Assembly: GCA_964577695.1 (NCBI GenBank) | Contig: CAZOAL010000060.1 | Location: forward strand, 1-46,797 | Length of the DNA: 46,797 nucleotides | From: an uncultured bacterium | GTDB lineage: Bacteria; Poribacteria; WGA-4E; PCPOR2b | Direction: 5' to 3' | Shown: positions 36,009-45,263 of the stretch, one piece after another | How the letters are laid out: each line of letters begins with the position of its first letter | Numbering within the stretch: position 1 is the first letter of the stretch | Notes under the pieces: model-generated | The model's input: the letters and a program-made list of their open reading frames with translations, nothing else | Databases searched by the model: none | Told to the model about the DNA's origin: nothing | Made by a program: the position numbers and the translations under genes

Positions 36009-36064
36009 GACAATCGACAATTGACAATCGACAATTGACAATTGACAATTGACAATTGACAATC
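36009..36064. repeat. Heptanucleotide tandem repeat (GACAAT[C/T]) x8, i.e. TTGACAA x8
   Basis: gacaatcgacaattgacaatcgacaattgacaattgacaattgacaattgacaatc, 22 nt upstream of the 36086 start codon. Confidence 0.9.
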
Positions 36065-36085
36065 GATTTAAGGAGTTGATGCCCC

Positions 36086-37336
36086 ATGGGAAAAAGGACT
36101 TCGCGATACACCATCGTTGCCCTATTTTGCCTTTTAGGGCTATTGAGCATGAGCTTTCATGCAGAAGCATTTATTGAACGACGTTATACACTTCAGGAGG
36201 TGCTGAATGAATGTACCAACGTTGTCTTTGGCAAAGTGACGTCAGTGGATGGGAAGCGTATGACGGCAAGGGTCAAAGTGGAGGAGGATGTCAAAGGCAA
36301 GAGTGAATTCAAAGAGATTCAAATCAACGTTGCTGTTGGACAGGGCAATTTCCCTCAAGAGATGATGAAAAAGTTGGAGGTGAGTCTACCGATTATTATC
36401 TTCTATGCGAAACGAGGTGTAGGTATTCAAAGCATTGGACACGTCAACGGGACCTGGTTTCAGACCAATGCGCAGGATGAACCAGACAAAAGCCGGGTAT
36501 GGTGGAATTTTACCCATATTGAGGTCTACATGCACCGGACCTATAACGGCGTAACTCCTGACTTGCAGAAGCTTGTGCGTGACACGCTCCGATCTGTTGA
36601 CCCCAGGTTGCAACAGATCGGAGTCACGCCAACAGCGCCGCAAGACCCTAAGATACAGCCAAAGCCCCAAGCATCTAAGATACAGCGTCTCGCACAAGCC
36701 CCGAGCAGTACCCTTCGCACCCTCGTTCTCTCCGGCAACCACTACGATGTCGAATTTCCCATCCTTTCTGATTTTAATCAGGCTGGGGGACACCAGATGG
36801 TTTATCAAAAAACGACAGAACACGATTTGCTAGACCTCGGCCAGGCGGACATCCTCTGGCTTGGACAGGGGGAGATCTGTGAGTCCGAATATTCATTGAC
36901 AACCGAGCAGGAGAACTGGATTAAAGCCTTTGTCAAAAGTGGCGGTGTTGTTATCATTTCAGGACAAGACAGCGATGATGGCCGGCCGTGTGGTACAGGT
37001 TGGATCCCTGAACCGATGAAGGGCGTGGAAAGATGGGGGCGTAGCGATTTCCAGCCAACAGCCGCGACTGGTACACTGTTCAGCGAACCGAACGCAATTA
37101 AATCCGGCGAAGTTTTCATCGACGATAGTTGGACGGATTGGAGTAGTAAATACAAGATCCTTGCCACAACCAACGGCGGGAAGGAGATCGTCGTGGCGAT
37201 GCTGGAGTACGGTCAAGGGATGTACCTCGTCACGAGTTTTCAAAATGAGACGAGCGCGAACGTTTTTGTCAATCGCCCGATGATGGAAAACCTCATCCAT
37301 TTTGCCGTGAAATGGCTTAACGAGCATAGGAGATAG
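36086..37336 (+). CDS. Hypothetical secreted protein (signal peptide; C-terminal region resembles a class-I glutamine-amidotransferase-like/ThuA-DUF4159-type fold)
   Basis: Signal MGKRTSRYTIVALFCLLGLLSMSFHAEA. RBS AAGGAG. The domain call is low-confidence pattern recognition. Confidence 0.55.
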   Translation: MGKRTSRYTIVALFCLLGLLSMSFHAEAFIERRYTLQEVLNECTNVVFGKVTSVDGKRMTARVKVEEDVKGKSEFKEIQINVAVGQGNFPQEMMKKLEVSLPIIIFYAKRGVGIQSIGHVNGTWFQTNAQDEPDKSRVWWNFTHIEVYMHRTYNGVTPDLQKLVRDTLRSVDPRLQQIGVTPTAPQDPKIQPKPQASKIQRLAQAPSSTLRTLVLSGNHYDVEFPILSDFNQAGGHQMVYQKTTEHDLLDLGQADILWLGQGEICESEYSLTTEQENWIKAFVKSGGVVIISGQDSDDGRPCGTGWIPEPMKGVERWGRSDFQPTAATGTLFSEPNAIKSGEVFIDDSWTDWSSKYKILATTNGGKEIVVAMLEYGQGMYLVTSFQNETSANVFVNRPMMENLIHFAVKWLNEHRR

Positions 37337-37343
37337 AGCCATT

Positions 37344-37685
37344 ATGAACTCTCCTCAAACAATAGCAAATTTGTCAACACAAGAGATAACCTATTTACAA
37401 AATACGCGATTCCTGGAGAAGCTTGAACGACTTAAACGGGAGAAGACTGCTCATTCTACTGAAGAGCTGGATCGCTTGGGCTGGGCTCGCTATGCGGAGA
37501 TCCAAGGCGAATTGGAAGCCTTGCATCACGGGAACTATGTGATGATTGAGGTGGAAAGCGGGGATTATTTTGTGGGAAAAACCCCGCAGGATGCGCTATG
37601 TCAGGCAGACGCTACCCACCCGGATAAGGTCTTCTGCCTCATCCGTATTGGCTATAAGGCCGTACGCAAGTTGAAAATGGTATGA
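37344..37685 (+). CDS. Hypothetical protein translationally coupled (ATGA) to the downstream aspartic-protease gene
   Basis: ORF only. Confidence 0.45.
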   Translation: MNSPQTIANLSTQEITYLQNTRFLEKLERLKREKTAHSTEELDRLGWARYAEIQGELEALHHGNYVMIEVESGDYFVGKTPQDALCQADATHPDKVFCLIRIGYKAVRKLKMV

Positions 37686-38044
37686 TTGCAGGATATGTAA
37701 ACGAGTTTTTAGAACCTCTGGTGGAGATTGGACTCAAGCGCGGAGATGCTGTCACGAGCATCCCGGCGGTTGTAGACACCGGGTTCAGTGGATATTTGTG
37801 CTTGGCCGAACAGCATATTGATCAAATAGAAATGACCTTCAAGTTCGTAGAGCGATACGAACTTGCTAACGGTGAGGTCATTATCAAGGACGTATTTTTA
37901 GGGCGCATTATGTTTGATGGACGCGAGCAAGAAGTGGATTTCATCGTTACAGCTTCCCAGGATACGTTAATTGGGGCATTGCTTTTGAAAGACTACAAGC
38001 TCTCCATCGATTATCCTGAAGGCACCGTCCAAATCGAGACATAG
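37682..38044 (+). CDS. Retropepsin-like (clan AA) aspartic protease, single domain
   Basis: Catalytic motif AVVDTGFSGYLCL (D-T-G) and C-terminal LIGALLLKDYKLSIDY. 120 aa. Confidence 0.65.
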   Translation: MIAGYVNEFLEPLVEIGLKRGDAVTSIPAVVDTGFSGYLCLAEQHIDQIEMTFKFVERYELANGEVIIKDVFLGRIMFDGREQEVDFIVTASQDTLIGALLLKDYKLSIDYPEGTVQIET

Positions 38045-38052
38045 GAGACACT

Positions 38053-39591
38053 GTGATGAGAAGAAGAACTAGCTTCATTTTTGCGTTGACGTTCTTATAC
38101 CTTTGGTTTAGCACAGCGACAACCGCGCACGCTGTGATTCCCCAGCTCTTGGGGCCCCTTTCGGCATTAGCCAGTATTATCCCGCAGATCTTAGCCGTCG
38201 TTGGCATTGCGCTTCTCGCCATATTCAAGCGTGAGACTTATGGTATGCTCATCTTTCGCATCCGCGAATTCTCCTCCCGACACAAAGCGATTGCCGCGAT
38301 GCTTGCCCTTGCCATTGTGGGAGGAACCGGTTGGTTCGCTTATCAAGTCTTTCGATCCAGCAGCCCACCGATAAATGCAAAAGTTCCCCCAACCCAATCA
38401 AGAGGTCAATCAGCCCCTGTATCAGATAGTTGGTCGGCGTTTCGCGGAGGAGTCACACGGACCGGACATCTTGATAACATTCCCGGCCCCACAACGGCTC
38501 AAGTGGTGTGGCTTTTCAAAGAAGAGGGGGCAGTTGCGGTAGATTTTTCCTCGTCTCCCACGGTGGTTGGGGAGCGGGTCTATATCGGGTCTGCACAGGG
38601 CTCACTCTTTTCCAGCAGCGGCATGGTTTACTGCCTCGACGCAAACAGCGGTAATGTCATCTGGCGATATAGCTCACCCATTCAGATCTTCTCCTCCCCC
38701 ACTGTTGTTGGTGGGCGTGTTTATATTGGCGAAGGGCTCCATCACGACATCGATAGCCGACTCCGTTGCCTCGACGCGAATAGTGGGCAGGAGCTCTGGG
38801 CTTTCCCGACAGCCAGCCATGTGGAATCGAGCCCGTTTGTCACTCAAGGAAAGGTGTACTTTGGCGCAGGGGAAGATGGCGTTTACTGCGTCGATGCGCT
38901 CGAAGGGAGGGAGATTTGGCACCACCCATCAGTTCATGTGGATATGTCACCGCTCGTATGGAAGGGGGTCGTCTACTTCGGCACGGGCTACGGTGAGTAT
39001 CGTATCTACGCGATTGATGCGAATGGTGGGAAGGAGATGTGGTCGAAGGCGGTGGATTACCCCGTTTGGGGTAGCCCGAGTGCCCACGAAGATACCCTCT
39101 ATTTTGGGCTTGGCAACGGGGATTTTACCCAGAGCGCCAAACCGCCTAAAGGGCAGGTTATCGCCGTCAATACCAAAAACGGAGAGTCGCGCTGGGCGTA
39201 TGAAACGGGGGATTCGGTACTCACAGCGGTGTCATATCGCGAAGGGTTCGTCTATTTTGGCTCACGAGACGGGCACCTTTACGCCCTGAACGCCGCGAAT
39301 GGGGAGCTTCGATGGAAATCAAGCATCGGCCATCCGATTGTGTCCTCGCCGGCAGTCACGCCAGATTCGGTTTATGTCGGTGCCAACAACGGTGCCATCT
39401 ACTGCATTGACATCTCTACCGGCAACGTCAAGTGGTGGTACGATACAGATGAAGTCGTTGGCGGGCTGGAGATTTACTCCTCTCCTGCGATTGCGAATGG
39501 GAAATTGTATGTGGGTTCAACGGATCGGTATATCTTCTGCTTGGGGGAGAAAGGCGAGGCGGTCCCTAAATTGCCCCTTGAAGATCGATAA
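38053..39591 (+). CDS. Membrane-anchored PQQ-like beta-propeller repeat protein (BamB-like repeats)
   Basis: Repeated VYCLDANSGNVIWRY / LRCLDANSGQELWAF / VYCVDALEGREIWHH / IYAIDANGGKEMWSK / LYALNAANGELRWKS / IYCIDISTGNVKWWY. N-terminal TM helices. Confidence 0.8.
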   Translation: MMRRRTSFIFALTFLYLWFSTATTAHAVIPQLLGPLSALASIIPQILAVVGIALLAIFKRETYGMLIFRIREFSSRHKAIAAMLALAIVGGTGWFAYQVFRSSSPPINAKVPPTQSRGQSAPVSDSWSAFRGGVTRTGHLDNIPGPTTAQVVWLFKEEGAVAVDFSSSPTVVGERVYIGSAQGSLFSSSGMVYCLDANSGNVIWRYSSPIQIFSSPTVVGGRVYIGEGLHHDIDSRLRCLDANSGQELWAFPTASHVESSPFVTQGKVYFGAGEDGVYCVDALEGREIWHHPSVHVDMSPLVWKGVVYFGTGYGEYRIYAIDANGGKEMWSKAVDYPVWGSPSAHEDTLYFGLGNGDFTQSAKPPKGQVIAVNTKNGESRWAYETGDSVLTAVSYREGFVYFGSRDGHLYALNAANGELRWKSSIGHPIVSSPAVTPDSVYVGANNGAIYCIDISTGNVKWWYDTDEVVGGLEIYSSPAIANGKLYVGSTDRYIFCLGEKGEAVPKLPLEDR

Positions 39592-39611
39592 GCATATAAT
39601 AAGGATGAGAG

Positions 39612-42600
39612 ATGCCACGCTATTTCACAAAACACATCAAGATTATCCTCCCGCTCACAATCATCTGTGCGATCTGTGTGAGTCTTACAGCAGATGTGCC
39701 GGTAGCACAAGTTGTGAAAATCCCTTTTTGGCATGTCATAATCGACAATCATGGCCCCAAAGATCCATGGGTGAAACTCGTCGGTGATTTTAACGGTGAC
39801 GGATTCGTTGATGTCGCCATCGGCGGTCAAAGCGGTCCCCTGGTCTGGTATGCGTATCCAGATTGGACGAAAACCGTTATCGCCGAGGGTGGCTATCACA
39901 CGGTTGATGGCGAGGCAGGTCGAAGATTCTCGGAACGGAACGATGTCGATGGCGACGGCGATCTGGACATCGTTATCGGCGCAGAATTCTGGTACGAAAA
40001 TCCACACCCCGATGGCAATCCGGCCAAGGTCCCCTGGCCAGCGCATCGGATTAGCGACTTTCGCACGCACGATATTGAACTCGGCGACTTTGATGGTGAT
40101 GGTGACCTCGATCTGGTCGCTCGCGATCAATCCGGCTTCGGTCATGAAGCGGGGAACCGCATCCATTTCTGGAGGCAAAACGCGCTCGACAACTGGGAAT
40201 ACCACGCGATTGACTGTCCGCACGGCGAAGGGCTCACACTCGGCGATCTCGATCAGGATGGCGACCCTGACGTCATCATCGGCGGATATTGGTATGAGAA
40301 CGAGGGAGACATCGTGAGCGGGAAATGGACGGAACATCACTTCGCCACCTGGCATCAAGATGCCGCTGTCCAGATGGCTGATATCAACGGAGACAGTCGC
40401 CCGGACGTTGTTCTGACGCGATCGGAGGGTCCCTACAAAGCCTCGTGGTTTGAAGCACCGAAAGACCCGAAACAAAGCAACTGGAAGGAACACATCATCG
40501 ACGAATCGGTGGACTATGCACACGGCGTGGGGGTTTCCGATATGGACGGCGACGGAGACCTTGATGTCGTCACCGCAGAAATGCACCAATCCGCTCGCCA
40601 TCGCGTTCTTGTCTACATCAACGAAGGAAACGGTTTGCGATGGACGACTCAGATCGTTGCAACGACGGGGTCGCATGACCTCCATCTTGCCGATGTTGAC
40701 AGCGACGGTGATTTTGACATCATCGGTGCCAACTGGAGTGGGGACTATCAACCGGTCGAAATGTGGGAAAATCAGCGAATCAAGGGGAAATGGGAGTTGA
40801 CTTTTGAACATCACATTGTCGATACGGAGTTTTGGGGCGACTGCAAGGCAATCGGCGACATCAATGGCGACGGTTTTAATGATCTGCTCATTGCAAATCA
40901 GAGTTGGTTAATCTGGTATGCCTATCCGAATTGGACGCGAACGTTCATCTCACGGACCGGGGAGAATTTCACGACAGACATGGAACTTGACGACATCGAC
41001 AAGGACGGGGATGTGGATGTGATTGTGCCAGATGGGCCCACTGGAAAGCTGCAATGGTTCGAGAATCCCAGACCGACCAGCGACCCGGCCGAGGATGCTT
41101 GGAAGCCGCATCTCATTGGGCATCATGGCAGCTATGCCCATGACATCGAAGTTGGCGACCTTGACGGCGACGGTGCTCTGGATGTTGTCACACGCCCGAA
41201 GGGAACCCAAATCTATATTTGGAGGCAAGACACCCCTGACTTCTGGACGCAACGTATCATTAACTGTCCAGCGGGGGAGGGCCTCACCATCGGAGATATT
41301 GATACGGATGGCGACCTTGATGTGATTATCGGCGGTCGCTGGTATGAAGCGTCCGGTGATATTGTGAGCGGTCCCTGGACGGAACATATTTACGCAAACT
41401 GGCCACATGGAGACACATATCCCAAGATGGGCAACATCAATGGTGACGGACGCCCAGACATCGTCCTGACACCCTCTGAGGGGGTCTATCGGCTCTCATG
41501 GTTCGAGGCACCATCCGACCCCAGGACTGGCAGTTGGCCTGAACATGTCATTCAGGATCCTATCAGTTTCAGCCATAGTATAGGGATAGCCGATATGGAC
41601 CTTGACGGCGCTCCGGACATAGTGACGGCTGAGATGGCTCAATCACCGCCGCCGCACGAAGTGATAGTTTTCATCAACGGAGGTGGCGGAGTGAGCTGGA
41701 CGAAGCAAGTGGTCGCAACCACCGGGTCGCATAACCTCCGCCTGGGGGATATCGACAACGATGGCGATATTGACCTCTACGGTTCCAACTGGCAAGACCC
41801 CCCGGTGGGACAGGTTGAATTCTGGCGGAATCGCCTCGATCTGACCGGCAAACGTCTGCTTGATAAATGGACGTACATTCAGGTGGACGACAGTCGCCCC
41901 GGTCGAGCCTTTGGTCTGGCGATGGGCGACATCAACGGCGATGGCTATGGCGACATTGTTTCCAGTTCCTTTTTCTATCGCAATCCCGGTGGCGACATGA
42001 CCGGAAAATGGGACCGGATTACGCTTCCCGAGAACGTGGACGCGATGCTGATTGTTGATGTAGACGGCGATGCGTTCAGTGACCTCATCGCAGAGAAACT
42101 CCCGGACGTTTACTGGCTCGAAGCTGAAGATACATCAGGCAACTTCTGGCGGGCCAGAAAGATCGCTTCGATTCCGCAGACGAGTCACGGCAACGGACAA
42201 GGTTACGCGCTCGCGCAGATTGTGGCGGGTGGGAAGCCGGAGATTCTGCTCTCTAGCGGAAGGGGAATGTATGCGTTGATTATCCCTGACCAACCCGACT
42301 CCGGAACGTGGCCGGTCATCCACATCACCGATGAAACCTCAGAGGAGGGCATCGGCGTCGGAGACTTCGACAACGATGGCGATAGCGACGTCTGCGCCCC
42401 AACGGATAATAAGGAGGTCGCGTGGTGGGAGAACCCTCACCCCCGGCCCCTCTCCCAGAGGGAGAGGAGAGCAGGAGAGGAACGGGGAAACTGGACAAAG
42501 CATCACGTCGGTATGACGGAGAATGGTGGGGACCGCTTTGCCGTTGCCGACCTCAATCGAGATGGCCATCCCGACATCATTGTGACCGAGGAAACTCCGC

Positions 42601-43883
42601 AATCGGGCGCGAGCGTTTACTGGTTTGAAAACCCCACCAATCCGAATTCGGACTGGGTTCGTCATCAGATCGTCACGCAATATACCACGAACAATCTTGA
42701 CGTGGCTGACATGGACAATGACGGTGACGTAGACCTCATCACCGCGGAGCATCGTGGAACGAAGAAACTTCAGATTTGGGAAAATGTCAAGGACGGTCAG
42801 GTGTGGGTCGAACATATCGTCGATCAGGGAAAGGAAAGTCACCTCGGTGCCCGCGTCGCTGACCTTGACGGGGATGGCGCTCTTGAGATTGTGAGCATCG
42901 CCTGGGACAATTACCAGAACCTGCACCTGTGGCGGAATGACGCGGAGCGGTTCGCCCTCGCCATACTCCCGGCGCCTTTGATGTCTCCAAAGGGTGGTGT
43001 GTTCAGCGAAGTCCTTTCTGTCACCCTGACGATGGACGTCTCCGGTGCGGAGATTCGCTACACACGCGACGGAAGCGATCCAACCGCCGCCTCACCCCTC
43101 TATTCTTCGCCCATCCGCTTGACGGAGAGTACGACCATCAGAGCCCGGGCGTTTACGAGTGGCTCTCAACCAAGCGAGGTTGTCACCGCAAACTTTACAA
43201 AGTGCGCCCAATCCGTGGCCCGCCTCACGGACCACCTGATCGCTCTCTACACGTTTGCGGACGGACCGGCAAACACAATTCCTGATGTTTCGAGTGTCGG
43301 CGAACCGCTACAGTTCACGGTGACTCACACCGCCGCAATACAGAGAACCGCCGGAGGCGTTCGTTTCCGTAGTTCGGGCCTGATTGTATCCGAAGAAGCC
43401 GCGTTGAAGCTCACGCATGCCTGCCGTCAGACCAATGAGATTACGATTGAAGTGTGGGTTCAGCCAGAGAGCGTCAGTCTGAGTGGCCCGGTACGCATTG
43501 TAACGCTTTCCGCTGACCCGTACCACCGGAACTTCACGCTCGGACAGGAAGGCTTTCAATACAACGTCCGCCTTCGGACAACGATAACAGGAGAGAACGG
43601 GATGAATCCATCGCTCTCAGCAAGCGGTGTCGCGACCGAAATGACCCACATCGTCTACACGCGGGACGCATCAGGTGTTGCGAAGATTTACATCAACGGT
43701 CAGGAGCGAGCGAGCCAAGAGATTGCCGGGGACTTCTCCAACTGGGATGAGAACTATCGTTTCGCGCTTGGCAACGAATTGACCGGCGATCGCGCGTGGA
43801 AAGGGGAGATACGCCTCGTCGCTGTCTACAACCGCGCCCTCACACCTTCGGAAGTTGCGCGGAATTTCTGCGCGGGGTTGTAA
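39612..43883 (+). CDS. Giant secreted protein: ~3 FG-GAP/VCBS-type beta-propellers + chitobiase/hexosaminidase C-terminal (CHB_HEX_C-like) domain + LamG/concanavalin-A-like domain
   Basis: More than 20 repeats of the type DVDGDGDLDIVIG / GDFDGDGDLDLVA / DMDGDGDLDVVTAE. IRYTRDGSDPTAASPLYSSPIRLTESTTIRARAF (CHB_HEX_C-like). C-terminus IYINGQERAS...RLVAVYNRALTPSEV (LamG_3-like). Signal peptide MPRYFTKHIKIILPLTIICAICVSLTA. Confidence 0.9.
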   Translation: MPRYFTKHIKIILPLTIICAICVSLTADVPVAQVVKIPFWHVIIDNHGPKDPWVKLVGDFNGDGFVDVAIGGQSGPLVWYAYPDWTKTVIAEGGYHTVDGEAGRRFSERNDVDGDGDLDIVIGAEFWYENPHPDGNPAKVPWPAHRISDFRTHDIELGDFDGDGDLDLVARDQSGFGHEAGNRIHFWRQNALDNWEYHAIDCPHGEGLTLGDLDQDGDPDVIIGGYWYENEGDIVSGKWTEHHFATWHQDAAVQMADINGDSRPDVVLTRSEGPYKASWFEAPKDPKQSNWKEHIIDESVDYAHGVGVSDMDGDGDLDVVTAEMHQSARHRVLVYINEGNGLRWTTQIVATTGSHDLHLADVDSDGDFDIIGANWSGDYQPVEMWENQRIKGKWELTFEHHIVDTEFWGDCKAIGDINGDGFNDLLIANQSWLIWYAYPNWTRTFISRTGENFTTDMELDDIDKDGDVDVIVPDGPTGKLQWFENPRPTSDPAEDAWKPHLIGHHGSYAHDIEVGDLDGDGALDVVTRPKGTQIYIWRQDTPDFWTQRIINCPAGEGLTIGDIDTDGDLDVIIGGRWYEASGDIVSGPWTEHIYANWPHGDTYPKMGNINGDGRPDIVLTPSEGVYRLSWFEAPSDPRTGSWPEHVIQDPISFSHSIGIADMDLDGAPDIVTAEMAQSPPPHEVIVFINGGGGVSWTKQVVATTGSHNLRLGDIDNDGDIDLYGSNWQDPPVGQVEFWRNRLDLTGKRLLDKWTYIQVDDSRPGRAFGLAMGDINGDGYGDIVSSSFFYRNPGGDMTGKWDRITLPENVDAMLIVDVDGDAFSDLIAEKLPDVYWLEAEDTSGNFWRARKIASIPQTSHGNGQGYALAQIVAGGKPEILLSSGRGMYALIIPDQPDSGTWPVIHITDETSEEGIGVGDFDNDGDSDVCAPTDNKEVAWWENPHPRPLSQRERRAGEERGNWTKHHVGMTENGGDRFAVADLNRDGHPDIIVTEETPQSGASVYWFENPTNPNSDWVRHQIVTQYTTNNLDVADMDNDGDVDLITAEHRGTKKLQIWENVKDGQVWVEHIVDQGKESHLGARVADLDGDGALEIVSIAWDNYQNLHLWRNDAERFALAILPAPLMSPKGGVFSEVLSVTLTMDVSGAEIRYTRDGSDPTAASPLYSSPIRLTESTTIRARAFTSGSQPSEVVTANFTKCAQSVARLTDHLIALYTFADGPANTIPDVSSVGEPLQFTVTHTAAIQRTAGGVRFRSSGLIVSEEAALKLTHACRQTNEITIEVWVQPESVSLSGPVRIVTLSADPYHRNFTLGQEGFQYNVRLRTTITGENGMNPSLSASGVATEMTHIVYTRDASGVAKIYINGQERASQEIAGDFSNWDENYRFALGNELTGDRAWKGEIRLVAVYNRALTPSEVARNFCAGL

Positions 43884-43886
43884 TAA

Positions 43887-44008
43887 CCTTTGGTGCTAGT
43901 TTTGGGATGGCGATCCAGTGAAACGGGCATAAAGCCCTAGACTACGAACCATCCTGTTGTAGTCTAGCCCCTTGTGGGCGTTGGGTTTGTACGAACTAGC
44001 ACCATTGG
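43887..44008. repeat. Nested inverted-repeat element immediately after the giant gene (outer arms TGGTGCTAGTT / AACTAGCACCA, inner stem CTAGACTAC/GTAGTCTAG)
   Basis: Read directly. The motif CCANTGGTGCTAGTTTT also occurs at 25598-25615. Confidence 0.55.
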
Positions 44009-44111
44009 TTAATAGCGGCGATTCATGTTTGCCATTCCAAGTTTCGCTTGTTGTCAACAAAAAAGTAATCCATAAGAAAAGTGCAGATTTATTATACAAG
44101 GAGAGTTATCA

Positions 44112-44531
44112 ATGGATTTGACAAAACAGTATCCATGTAGCCCTTACGAGAAAATGGGTGGGTATGTCATGCTCGGCAGAACCGTCGACAAGGCGCGGGC
44201 AAAGCTCGAAAATGCGCTTGGGGAGTACATTTACAACTGCCCGCTGGATGAACGGTTGTTTGAATTTTTAAGGATTGATGCGGATGCGTTGCTTGATGCT
44301 GTCAAGACACGCTCGACTGATAATGAAATTGTGCAGTGGGTGAACGCACACCAACGCCCTCACAGCGAGGCTGAAATCAAAGGATTTAACACACGACTCA
44401 GCCAACTTGGGCCGGAGGATGAGGAGAGTAAGACCTATTTTGAAAACGCTCGTCGGAAGGCGGCTCCGAATCGTCCCAATCTGCGTTCCTGGTTCGATCT
44501 CATTGAAGCCGATGAAGGAAGGCTCAAGTAA
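44112..44531 (+). CDS. DUF5069-domain protein
   Basis: YPCSPYEKMGGYVMLGRTVDKARAKL ... LGIDAD-like block. The family call is by pattern recognition. Confidence 0.6.
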   Translation: MDLTKQYPCSPYEKMGGYVMLGRTVDKARAKLENALGEYIYNCPLDERLFEFLRIDADALLDAVKTRSTDNEIVQWVNAHQRPHSEAEIKGFNTRLSQLGPEDEESKTYFENARRKAAPNRPNLRSWFDLIEADEGRLK

Positions 44532-44626
44532 AGGAAACCATGGACCGGTTGATGCAACGACGAGATAATCGGATGCCCCGATCAGAGATCGGGGGTAATC
44601 CGAACCTATTTAATGTTACTACCTAA

Positions 44627-44785
44627 CTTGACTTTGGTAAATTCGGCTGATGATCTCATCGTAACGAAATCTGACTTGCGATCGGATCGTGCGCAAGGAG
44701 ACCCCGATAGATCGGCCTGTCCCGATCCATCGGGGGGCAGGCTATGCGCTAGAGGCAGATTGCTGTTTCAATTTACCAAAGTCAA
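44627..44785. repeat. Element bounded by perfect 16-bp inverted repeats (CTTGACTTTGGTAAATT ... AATTTACCAAAGTCAA) enclosing a GC-rich structured core
   Basis: Read directly. The core contains CCCGATAGATCGG / CCCGATCCATCGGG repeats. Confidence 0.6.
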
Positions 44786-44845
44786 ACTCAGAAGGCCCGC
44801 ATTTCGCTGACGAACTCCGACCAAACGTCAAGATAAAGGGTCCAA

Positions 44846-45253
44846 TTGGTGAAGCGATTACTAAAGATTAAAAGATGGATGCTTCTGAGAACCGTTCGAT
44901 TAAAAAAGGCTCAGAAAATCGGTAAGCAACCGCTCGTCCCTAATTCTCAAGTGATACAGAAGTTCCATCAACATGGGGCGCAAATTGGCATTCCGCCCCG
45001 CGGAAATTTAAGCAATCCGAATAATCCAGCCATCCAACAATTCCTTCTTCGGGTGAATCAGATCTGTCAGAACCCCTCGCGAATATACACCGGAATTTGG
45101 AGAGATGGCAGGCGAGTCGTTGGTTATATTGACCATGCGGGAACTGAGGTTCTCAGATACTATCCCTCCGGTGAATTTCTCACGGTAAGAGTTCATGTGA
45201 TTAACCAGGTTCAGCAGGCGGTCGCCAGTGGAAAGGCCAGATGGTTAAAATAG
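44846..45253 (+). CDS. Hypothetical protein (135 aa, basic N-terminus)
   Basis: ORF only. Relatively AT-rich compared with its surroundings. Confidence 0.35.
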   Translation: MVKRLLKIKRWMLLRTVRLKKAQKIGKQPLVPNSQVIQKFHQHGAQIGIPPRGNLSNPNNPAIQQFLLRVNQICQNPSRIYTGIWRDGRRVVGYIDHAGTEVLRYYPSGEFLTVRVHVINQVQQAVASGKARWLK

Positions 45254-45263
45254 GAGAAAGGTT

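Noticed and set aside
36003-36070. Heptamer array considered as a CRISPR array
   Set aside because: The 7-bp units are directly adjacent with no spacers. CRISPR repeats are 24-48 bp and separated by unique spacers.
35113-36150. Minus-strand ORFs (35113..35583, 35680..36150) antisense to the acylphosphatase-fusion gene and the heptamer array
   Set aside because: They run antisense to a well-supported CDS and partly translate the (GACAATY)n repeat (LSIVNCQLSIV...).
39474-42926. Several large minus-strand and off-frame ORFs (for example 39474..40814, 40950..41408, 42339..42926) within the giant FG-GAP gene
   Set aside because: They are artefacts of the repetitive GAY/GGY-rich codon pattern. 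They show no domain features and are fully overlapped by a 1423-aa ORF with coherent domain architecture.
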